A DNA stretch of 64,000 nt from Clostridia bacterium (lineage in GTDB: Bacteria; Bacillota; Clostridia; TANB77; CAG-508), in contig JAGBAJ010000016.1 in NCBI GenBank assembly GCA_017939755.1, positions 16,302-80,301 of the forward strand, written 5' to 3'. Shown here one piece after another: positions 28,507-36,317 of the stretch. A program made the translations under genes and the position numbers. Numbering within the stretch: the first letter of the stretch is position 1; the number at the start of each line of letters is the position of its first letter. The notes beneath the pieces were generated by a model that worked only from the letters and a program-made list of their open reading frames with translations, was not told the DNA's origin and made no database searches.

Positions 28507-28584
28507 GAATCAATGTTTTGATTTGGTAGACATATTTTGGCTGCCTAAGTCGCCGGTGCACAGAGTACTGGCGACAATTTTTTT
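28507..28584 (+). ncRNA. candidate ~80-nt small RNA (promoter to terminator unit, unknown class)
   Basis: The consensus promoter is followed by AATATAGAATCAATGTTTTGATTTGGTAGACATATTTTGGCTGCCTAA and a GC-rich terminator GTCGCC-N15-GGCGAC plus T7 (28549-28584). It contains no RBS or ORF. Confidence 0.35.
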
Positions 28585-28589
28585 GTCAC

Positions 28590-28676
28590 TAGGAAATAAT
28601 ATGAAACTTTAAGTTTCGCGGGCTCAAAGTGAAAATAAATTGATATAATATTTTTATTTTCAAAGGAAAGTTATGC
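28590..28676 (+). repeat. 87-nt intergenic repeat, family B, copy 2
   Basis: See 24893-24979. Confidence 0.8.
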
Positions 28677-28808
28677 TAATTTATCAATTTATAATGATGT
28701 GTATTGAAAAAAATGTAGAAAAAACACTATTATTAATATATTAAAAGCGTTGCATGTAAAATTTCTGTGTATTATAATGTAGATATAATTTTGAAAGGAA
28801 TGATTCTA

Positions 28809-28940
28809 ATGAGAGAGAAATATTTTGAGGATTTAGGACTAGATGAAATAAATATATTGGAGAAATTTAATATTGATATAAATAAAATTATAGATAATAA
28901 AGAAGAAAAAGTAGATGAAAAGAAAGAATCTGATAAATAA
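28809..28940 (+). CDS. 43-aa acidic/basic small ORF (hypothetical)
   Basis: Own translation gives MREKYFEDLGLDEINILEKFNIDINKIIDNKEEKVDEKKESDK, with a weak GAAAGGA RBS and a strong terminator directly downstream. Confidence 0.4.
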   Translation: MREKYFEDLGLDEINILEKFNIDINKIIDNKEEKVDEKKESDK

Positions 28941-28947
28941 TAAGATG

Positions 28948-28980
28948 TACCAATAATTAAAGAAATTATTGGTATTTTTT
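28948..28980 (+). terminator. rho-independent terminator
   Basis: TACCAATAATT...AATTATTGGTA stem followed by T6. Confidence 0.7.
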
Positions 28981-28982
28981 AT

Positions 28983-29052
28983 ATACTAGGAAAGTCATAC
29001 TGACTTTTCATAGTATATAAAAAGCTTCGCGAAAACAGATGTACATCGATTA
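28983..29052 (+). repeat. modular intergenic hairpin repeat, family A, copy 6 (HP1 plus linker)
   Basis: TATACTAGGAAAGTCATACTGACTTTTCATAGTATATAAAAAGCTTCGCGAAAACAGATGTACATCGATT. Confidence 0.7.
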
Positions 29053-29154
29053 GCCATGCGTAACGAAGTTAATAAGGAGGATATAACTAGACATAATAAG
29101 TACATATATGATATAATATCCAAAGCTTTTTATAAAATTAAGGAAGGTGTTTAT

Positions 29155-30531
29155 ATGGAAATTCCAGTTAAAAAAAATGAGGAGTATATAGTAGATATTA
29201 TAGATAATGGTTTCGAAGGGGAAGGAATTGCAAAGATAGATAACTACACTATTTTTATTGATGGTGCAATAAAAGGCGAAAAGTGTAAAATTGTAATAAC
29301 TAAAATTACGTCTTCTCATGCATTTGGAAGATTACTAGAGCTAATTAGTGCAGCACAATGTAGATGTAAACCAGATTGTAATACATATAAAAGATGTGGT
29401 GGATGTAATTTACGACATATTGAGTACGAAGAAACATTAAATATTAAACAAGATAAAGTTCAAAATTTGATAAACAAAACATTAGCAAATAGAGTTCAAA
29501 CAAGTAAAACAATTGGAATGGGAAATCCATACAATTATAGAAATAAAGCTGTATATCCAATAGGAAAAGATAAGCTGGAAAACATAGTTTTTGGTGTATA
29601 TGCCAAAAGAACCCATGAAATTATTCCATTACAAGAGTGCCAAATTCAAAACGAAGAATCGTATAAAATAGCAAAATTTGTTGTAGAGCAAATGAAGAAA
29701 TTTGGTATAAGTGCATATAATGAAAAAACGAAACAGGGTTATGTACGCCATATTATAACCAAAGTTGGAATTCAAACAGATGAAATTATGGTCGTTATTG
29801 TTATGAATGCAAAGAAAATGCCACACGAATTAACTATAGCCAACAATATTATTGATCAATTTCCTAATGTTAAAACAGTAGTAAAGAATATTAATACTCA
29901 AAATACTAATGTAATAATGGGGCAAAAAAATGAGTCTATTGTAGGAAGAGGATACATTACAGATGTTTTGGGAGACTTTATATTTAAAATTTCACCAATG
30001 TCATTTTATCAGGTAAATCCAATTCAGGCAGAGGCTTTATATAATATTGCAATAGAAAATGCCAAAATTACGAAAGAAGACATTGTTTGCGATTTATATT
30101 GTGGAATTGGTACAATAGGAATATTTGCATCAAAATTTGCTAAAAAAGTATACGGAATCGAAATTGTGAAACAAGCTATTGAAGATGCTAGAACTAACGC
30201 AAATTTAAATAAAATAAACAATATTGATTTTATTTGTGGTGATGTTGAGGAGGCTTTTGAAGAATTAATAAAAAGGGAAAAAGTAAAGCCAAATGTCGTT
30301 ATAGTAGATCCACCAAGGAGAGGTTTGGATGAATCAACAATTAATAACATATTAAATCTTAAAGTTGAACGTGTTATATACATAAGTTGTAACCCCGCTA
30401 CAATGGTGAGGGATTTAAAAATGATGGAAGAAAAGTATGAGATAAAGCGAATACAACCAGTAGACATGTTTCCATTTACATCACATGTGGAGTGCATAGC
30501 GGTGCTAACATTGAAAGACAACCTACAATAG
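29155..30531 (+). CDS. rlmD: 23S rRNA (uracil-C5)-methyltransferase, RumA/RlmD family (TRAM + 4Fe-4S + SAM MTase)
   Basis: TRAM-like N-terminus, Cys cluster CKPDC..CGGCNLRH, SAM motif DLYCGIGTIG and the catalytic region ISCNPATMVRD. The start is moved to ATG 29155 (AAGGAAGG RBS). Confidence 0.85.
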   Translation: MEIPVKKNEEYIVDIIDNGFEGEGIAKIDNYTIFIDGAIKGEKCKIVITKITSSHAFGRLLELISAAQCRCKPDCNTYKRCGGCNLRHIEYEETLNIKQDKVQNLINKTLANRVQTSKTIGMGNPYNYRNKAVYPIGKDKLENIVFGVYAKRTHEIIPLQECQIQNEESYKIAKFVVEQMKKFGISAYNEKTKQGYVRHIITKVGIQTDEIMVVIVMNAKKMPHELTIANNIIDQFPNVKTVVKNINTQNTNVIMGQKNESIVGRGYITDVLGDFIFKISPMSFYQVNPIQAEALYNIAIENAKITKEDIVCDLYCGIGTIGIFASKFAKKVYGIEIVKQAIEDARTNANLNKINNIDFICGDVEEAFEELIKREKVKPNVVIVDPPRRGLDESTINNILNLKVERVIYISCNPATMVRDLKMMEEKYEIKRIQPVDMFPFTSHVECIAVLTLKDNLQ

Positions 30532-30806
30532 TTAAATTTACTAGTTTTCAAGATACAATCATGTTTCATAAAAGAGGACGATTTGGACTAGAAAAAGTAC
30601 AAAATCCTGAAATTCATGTAAAGGTTGTTTTAGATATGACGTACGGAAATATAAAGTTATTTTGAAAAAGCGATGTAAATAATATTACAAGCGAGTTATG
30701 GAGATTATATATCTATGCTCAATACACGATATAATATGGTTGCATATTAATGAATATATGAAATTATTAAAAATATAATAGAAAAGTTAAAGAGAATCCT
30801 AAGTAG

Positions 30807-30833
30807 AGCACCTAAATTTTAGGTGCTTTATTT
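30807..30833 (+). terminator. rho-independent terminator-like hairpin in the rlmD / transglutaminase-like intergenic region
   Basis: AGCACCTA-AATTT-TAGGTGCT followed by a TTTATTT run. It lies inside the 5' extension of ORF 30823, which argues for the later start at 30856. Confidence 0.5.
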
Positions 30834-30855
30834 AATTCTAGTAAAAGATCATAGT

Positions 30856-31530
30856 ATGATTATTTTCCGTAAAAGAGAATTAACTGCAAGAAAATGGAAT
30901 GATCTAGATGAATTTAACAAGATTAAGGATATATATTCTTTTGTAAGAGATGAAATATTATTTGGATATAATATTAGTGATGATATAAATGCCGAACAAG
31001 TTTTAAAGGATGGATATGGGCAATGTAATACTAAAGGAACTTTATTTATGGCTCTACTTCGAGCAGTAAATATACCTTGTAGGATTCACGGATTTACAAT
31101 AGATAAAGAATTACAAAAAGGTGCAATGACAGGTATTGTGTATAAAAATGCACCTCAAAATGTGTTGCATAGTTGGGTTGAAGTTCTCTATGATAGTAAA
31201 TGGTATGAATTAGAGGCATTTATTCTTGATAAAAAATATTTGGGTAAATTACAAGAGAGGTTTAAAGGATGTAGTGGTGCTTTTTGTGGATATGGAGTTG
31301 CAGTTAAAGACTTTAAAAATCTTGTTATTGATTGGAATGTAAATAATACTTACATTCAAAGTGAAGGTATAAATCAAGATTTTGGAGTATATGATTCTCC
31401 AGATGAAATGTATAAAGAACATAAACAAGAAATGTCTAAAGCAAAAGAATTATTATATAAAAATCTGGGCAGACATTTAATGAATAGAAATGTTAATAGA
31501 ATAAGAGAAAAAGATGATTTAGAAGGATAA
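30856..31530 (+). CDS. transglutaminase-like cysteine peptidase domain protein
   Basis: The GYGQCNTKGTLFMALLRAVNIPCRIHGF ... HSWVEV pattern is the Cys/His/Asp transglutaminase core. The start is uncertain and no good RBS is present. Confidence 0.6.
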   Translation: MIIFRKRELTARKWNDLDEFNKIKDIYSFVRDEILFGYNISDDINAEQVLKDGYGQCNTKGTLFMALLRAVNIPCRIHGFTIDKELQKGAMTGIVYKNAPQNVLHSWVEVLYDSKWYELEAFILDKKYLGKLQERFKGCSGAFCGYGVAVKDFKNLVIDWNVNNTYIQSEGINQDFGVYDSPDEMYKEHKQEMSKAKELLYKNLGRHLMNRNVNRIREKDDLEG

Positions 31531-31827
31531 ATTACAATATTGTAAAAGAATTTTTGTTTGTAAGTATCGAATTTGCAATGAATACAAAATAGAGATAGTG
31601 AGAGTTATAAAAAGTAACTTTCAATATTTATTTTTACTAAAAATAAATATTAAATTGGTTAGATTTTAAAATTTTCTTATATTTATGAGTATGCTATATA
31701 GAGTTTCTAATTCTCAAGATTTTATATAATTAGAATATGAAGATTTTTAGATTATTTTATTAAAAAGATTGTATATAATTTATATATATGGTACGATACA
31801 AATGATAGAGCTACAGGTTTAAAAATA

Positions 31828-31887
31828 AATTCAAGGCTAAAGGTAGCAGCATATGCAAGAGCAAGTACAGATTTAAAAGATTTATAG
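31828..31887 (+). pseudogene. fragment of a serine recombinase N-terminus
   Basis: Own translation gives NSRLKVAAYARASTDLKDL*. (R/K)VAAYARxSTD is the catalytic-Ser motif of large serine recombinases. Only about 20 codons remain. Confidence 0.4.
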
Positions 31888-31913
31888 AATAAAAACATTA
31901 GAGGAGTATTATT

Positions 31914-33242
31914 ATGGGGTTATTAAATACAATAATAAAAACTTATAAAGGAAATAATTTAAGTCAAGAGAGATTAAAACTATTACAATATAAAAGATTA
32001 AAAAAAATAGTAGAGTATGCTAGGAATAATAGTTCATATTTTAATGAATTATATGTAGGGATAGGAAATGATTTTAAATTAGAAGAACTACCTACAACAA
32101 ATAAAATTGAAATGATGAAATATTTTGATAAGTGGATTACAGATGACAATATTACTATGCAAAGAATTGATGAATTTACTAGTAACATAGACAATGTAGG
32201 TCGTATGATTGATGGAAAATATTTGATATTTAAAACATCTGGTTCAACAGGAAATCCAGCAACAATTCTTTATGATAAACAAAATATTGATGTTGCTTCA
32301 GCAGTAGCAGCATTTAGAACTTTTGCAAGAAAAGAAGACTTTAAAGCATTTATGAAAAATGGTAAAAAGACCGCAGGTGTTTTTGCTAATTATGGTTTTT
32401 ATTTAGCCTGTGGAATGTCTAGGTATTTACAATTACAAATGCCTAGAAAGAAAAATAAAATAACTATTGATGTAAATGCACCAGAAGAACAAATTATAAA
32501 AGAATTAAATGAGTTTAATCCATCAATGCTAAGTGGTTATCCATCAAATCTTGCATTACTTTCTAATTTTGAAGAACTTACTATAAAGCCAAATGTTGTC
32601 ATTACAGGTGGGGAGCTTTTAACTGATGAAATAAGAAGAAAATTAACTGACAAATTTAATTGTTATGTTCAAACACATTATTCTTGTACAGAAGCAGGAG
32701 AAATTGCTTGTGAATGTTCAGAAAAACACTTGCATATAAACGAAGATTGGGTAATTGTAGAACCTGTTGATAAAGATAATAAACCAGTTGGATACGGAGT
32801 TCTTTCTGACAAAGTTCTAATCACTAATTTATCTAATTATATTCAACCTTTTATAAGATATGAATTAACTGATCGTATTATAGTACATAACGAAAAATGT
32901 AAATGTGGAAGAAATACTTGTTGGTTGGAAATAGAAGGTCGTACAGATGATATTTTAGAATTTGAAAATGGGATTTCAATTGCCCCTATGTCTTTTTATA
33001 AAATATTAGAAGAGATAAAAGAAATTACTAGATTTCAGTTAATTCAAAGATCTCATGAAAAATTAGAATTAAGAATCGTTGCTAAAAGAAGAGAAATAGC
33101 ATTTGAAAAAGCAAAAAAAGAACTGTTGGATTTTTTAAATAGAAAAGATATTACTAATATTAAAATATTTTTATCAGATGAATTACCTCAAGCAAATAAG
33201 ATAAGTGGAAAATATAATCATATATATAAAGACTTTAAGTAA
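31914..33242 (+). CDS. adenylate-forming enzyme (phenylacetate-CoA ligase / coenzyme F390 synthetase-like)
   Basis: FKTSGSTGNPATILYD is the AMP-binding P-loop-like motif. A YSCTEAGEIA motif is present and the 442-aa length fits the PaaK/CapK-like family. Confidence 0.65.
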   Translation: MGLLNTIIKTYKGNNLSQERLKLLQYKRLKKIVEYARNNSSYFNELYVGIGNDFKLEELPTTNKIEMMKYFDKWITDDNITMQRIDEFTSNIDNVGRMIDGKYLIFKTSGSTGNPATILYDKQNIDVASAVAAFRTFARKEDFKAFMKNGKKTAGVFANYGFYLACGMSRYLQLQMPRKKNKITIDVNAPEEQIIKELNEFNPSMLSGYPSNLALLSNFEELTIKPNVVITGGELLTDEIRRKLTDKFNCYVQTHYSCTEAGEIACECSEKHLHINEDWVIVEPVDKDNKPVGYGVLSDKVLITNLSNYIQPFIRYELTDRIIVHNEKCKCGRNTCWLEIEGRTDDILEFENGISIAPMSFYKILEEIKEITRFQLIQRSHEKLELRIVAKRREIAFEKAKKELLDFLNRKDITNIKIFLSDELPQANKISGKYNHIYKDFK

Positions 33243-33357
33243 AAATCCCAAACTCTATTATTAGAAAGAAAATGATATAACATCCTTAAAACACTTAACA
33301 GCAAAGAATCTAAACTAATTAAAAAGATAAAAATAAGAAAAGAAGGAACAAATAAGT

Positions 33358-33392
33358 AGGACAGATAATAAGTTGAAATTATCTGTCCTTTA
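33358..33392 (+). terminator. hairpin terminator candidate after 31914-33242
   Basis: AGGACAGATAAT-AAGTTGAA-ATTATCTGTCCT is a perfect 12-bp stem followed by a weak TTTAAT. Confidence 0.5.
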
Positions 33393-34137
33393 ATATATAA
33401 TCGTAACAAAAGATAGTAATTTATCGCTAAGATTAGTTAGAAATATTGAAGAAAAAGATATATAGAGCGTTGTTGATATTCAAATAAATGGAGAGAAAAC
33501 AGCATATAAAGGAATAATTGATGAAATATTTGAAATTACCACAAATGATGCACTTCTTGTTGTATGAGATAAAAGACAAGGAATTGTAGTAGTAAATGTG
33601 TTGGAGTAAATGATTTTATTGAGGGAAAAAATAGAAAGGAGAAGTAACTATGGAATTTGTAAGATTAGAATATAATAATAACAAATTAACTAATGCAGAA
33701 TTAAAAGGTCATGTTAAATAAAATATCAAATAGATGTCCGTAATCAAATATATAATATCAAAAAAGTTATAGAGAGTATCTTAAGGTTTAGTACATATGA
33801 CTTTGAACTAGATGAGTCTAGAAGTGATGATATAAAAGAAATTACAACAGCAAAAGTAAAACAGGCATATAGAATCGTGAATAAGCCATGTATAGCATTG
33901 ACATTATTTTTATGTAAAATATCCAGGAAATTTAGCAACAAAAATTCGAGGAATTGATAGAAAAGAAAAATGGTCTGATTTATAGTATATATTCAAGCAA
34001 GATCACTTTGAGAAAACTCTTGTTGAAATGGATAGTATGGAAAGGGAGGCACGAAGAAAAAACTGATGGTTCAGTAGAAGCATTAAAAGTAGTACCATCT
34101 TTGAAGATGTTAGGTGGGAAAGAAAAGAGGAAAAAAT

Positions 34138-34749
34138 ATGATAAAAAACATAGTTTTCGATTTAGGAAATGTAATATTAAAAGGATTCCCAGCAGATGTT
34201 TTAAATATTATAGATTTAAATGATGATGAACGTAAAATTGTTAAGGAAAAATTCTTTTCTAATTGGAATAAGCTTGACATGGGAAATGAAAGTCTACAAG
34301 AGCACTATTTAAGGTCAAAGATTCCAATTAGTTTAAGGCAAGAAAGTACACAAAAAATAATAGATTACTATAAATATAGGGAATTTAATACAGATTTAAT
34401 AAAATTAATACAAGAATTAAAAAGAGAAAAATATAATGTATATATATTATCAAATAATAATAGTGAAGCTAGTGAATATTTACGTAAATTGCAATTATTT
34501 GAATCTATAGATGGTTGGGTGGTATCTTGTGATTATCATATTATTAAACCAGATAAAAAAATTTATGAAATATTATTTGAAAAATATAACCTAAATCCAA
34601 ATGAGTGCTATTTTATTGATGATAAGAAAATTAACATAGAAGTGGGAAAGAGTTTAGGAATGAATGGATATGTAATAAATTATGAAAAAGACGGAATAAA
34701 TGGATTAATTCAAGAATTTTATAAAAATAATATAATAATTGAAGATTAA
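34138..34749 (+). CDS. HAD-superfamily hydrolase (subfamily IA)
   Basis: Motif I is NIVFDLGNVIL, motif II is YILSNN and motif III/IV is KPDKKIYE...YFIDDK. The start is moved to ATG 34138. Confidence 0.8.
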   Translation: MIKNIVFDLGNVILKGFPADVLNIIDLNDDERKIVKEKFFSNWNKLDMGNESLQEHYLRSKIPISLRQESTQKIIDYYKYREFNTDLIKLIQELKREKYNVYILSNNNSEASEYLRKLQLFESIDGWVVSCDYHIIKPDKKIYEILFEKYNLNPNECYFIDDKKINIEVGKSLGMNGYVINYEKDGINGLIQEFYKNNIIIED

Positions 34750-34807
34750 TTATAATGAAATAAGTAATATAGGTAATTAATTTTAAACAAATTAGAGGAG
34801 GATAAAG

Positions 34808-35272
34808 ATGTATTTAGTTAGTGCATGTTTGGCAGGAATTAATTGTAAATATGATGGAGAAAATAATTACAATGAAGACATTATGGAATTAGTAAAAAAA
34901 GGCGAAGCTATTTTAATTTGTCCAGAGCAATTGGGAGGACTTGCGACACCAAGATTTCCATCTGAAGTTAGTATGCAAAATGGAGAGAGAAAAGTTATTA
35001 ATAATCATGGGGAAGATGTTACAAAAAACTATGAAAGAGGAGCACAAGAAGCATTAGAATTGGGAAAGAGATTAAACATAAAGAAAGCAATATTAAAGGC
35101 AAAAAGTCCATCTTGTGGTTGTGGATTAATCTATGACGGAACTTTCTCGAAAAAAAAAATAGAAGGTAATGGCGTTACGGCACAATTATTATTAGATAAT
35201 GGTTTTGAGGTTTTTAATGAGGAAAATTTTAAAAAAGGTATCATTAAAAAAAATAGTAGCTCACATTATTGA
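34808..35272 (+). CDS. DUF523 family protein (TudS-type thiouracil desulfidase-like)
   Basis: MYLVSACLAGINCKYDG, ICPEQLGG and KSPSCGCG carry the conserved Cys pattern of DUF523. Confidence 0.7.
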   Translation: MYLVSACLAGINCKYDGENNYNEDIMELVKKGEAILICPEQLGGLATPRFPSEVSMQNGERKVINNHGEDVTKNYERGAQEALELGKRLNIKKAILKAKSPSCGCGLIYDGTFSKKKIEGNGVTAQLLLDNGFEVFNEENFKKGIIKKNSSSHY

Positions 35273-35297
35273 TACACAACAATTTATATGGTATATT
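35269..35297 (+). promoter_or_regulatory. candidate promoter of cassette b (TTGATA-17-TGgTATATT)
   Basis: Read directly. It overlaps the stop codon of the upstream gene. Confidence 0.4.
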
Positions 35298-35355
35298 AAG
35301 AGTGGCAATACCCGTAATTACAATTCAGATCAACTTTTGAAAGGAATGTGAAAAA

Positions 35356-36108
35356 ATGAAAGAAAAATTGAGTGTACGGACGCTTCTTTATCTGTTAAGG
35401 TGGGTCATCCAGTGTATGACATACTACAGCAGAATTGTTTATCTGGCAGGTCCGGATGTCTTTGAAGCTGATCCCATTGCTGTGGGTGAGAAGAAAAAGA
35501 CAATCTGCAAATGTCATGGTTATACTGGTTTGTACCCGCTGGACAACGAGGTTCCTCAGCAGAAAAGCAAAGAAGAGCTGGCGCGTCTTATTTTTGAGGG
35601 GAATGTAAACTATATTCAAATGAGCAATATGGTAATAGCAAACCTCAACAACTTCAGGGGCGCATGCGATTCAGGTACTATGTGGGAAATTGGTTACGCT
35701 TTGTCAATAGGAAAAATTGTTGTGGCGTATGCCGAGGACCTTATGGCAATACCTGAATTAGTAAGGAAGCATATTATCTGTATTAAAGCAAGCTCTTTTG
35801 AAGAGTGCATTAATCAGGTGGATAATATGGACTTCTGCGACTACAAAAACATCTTTATTTGCTTTAGGGGGGACATGATTTATAACCTCGATGCTAAGAA
35901 GTATGATATTCGGGATGCGGATGCTGTGACTTCATTCAAGGTTGGATACCTTTATGGTAGAGATGTAAAGCCAAAGGTAACTATATCAGACAAAAGAAGT
36001 CAGGTTGAAAAGTATGGTACTGAATGCTGTGGCTATAGTGTCGAAGACTTCGGCTTACCATATAACTTAATGATTTGGTTTAGCTCAACTTTGGTTGATG
36101 CTGTATAA
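35356..36108 (+). CDS. nucleoside 2-deoxyribosyltransferase family protein (G+C-rich cassette b)
   Basis: IVYLAGPDVFEADPIAVGEKKK..GLYPLDNE, CDSGTMWEIGYALSIGKIVVAY and the C-terminal VEDFGLPYNLMI match the NDT family pattern seen in higher-G+C bacteria. G+C is clearly above the flanks. An alternative start is ATG 35416. Confidence 0.7.
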   Translation: MKEKLSVRTLLYLLRWVIQCMTYYSRIVYLAGPDVFEADPIAVGEKKKTICKCHGYTGLYPLDNEVPQQKSKEELARLIFEGNVNYIQMSNMVIANLNNFRGACDSGTMWEIGYALSIGKIVVAYAEDLMAIPELVRKHIICIKASSFEECINQVDNMDFCDYKNIFICFRGDMIYNLDAKKYDIRDADAVTSFKVGYLYGRDVKPKVTISDKRSQVEKYGTECCGYSVEDFGLPYNLMIWFSSTLVDAV

Positions 36109-36185
36109 TATTTCAAGTCTAAAGTGGAAAAGACGAAACATACACGAATCCAGATCGCAATCGCAAATAAAACTCAAATTAATCA

Positions 36186-36216
36186 AAAGGGACTAGCAGA
36201 TTCAGCTGGTCCCTTT
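36186..36216. terminator. GC-rich hairpin between convergent genes (bidirectional terminator candidate)
   Basis: AAAGGGACTAGC...GCTGGTCCCTTT. Confidence 0.5.
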
Positions 36217-36317
36217 AATTATATATAATTAACATTTTGACTTTTTAAAGCTCATATTACTAAAAAAAAGAATGGCTTAATATCTCAAATAAAAATGACT
36301 TTTAGTGTACAGAGATT

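Noticed and set aside
30532-30806. Possible decayed C-terminal extension of the rRNA methyltransferase or a small RNA in the 290-nt spacer
   Set aside because: The frames contain only short fragments (for example RFGLEKVQNPEIHVKVVLDMTYGNIKLF*) with weak resemblance to anything I can name. I found no convincing promoter. It cannot be supported without a homology search.
33954-34223. 89-aa + ORF (MIEKKNGLIYS...)
   Set aside because: It is Lys/Arg-rich and low-complexity, has no RBS, overlaps the well-supported HAD gene start, and lies in a stretch of gene debris.
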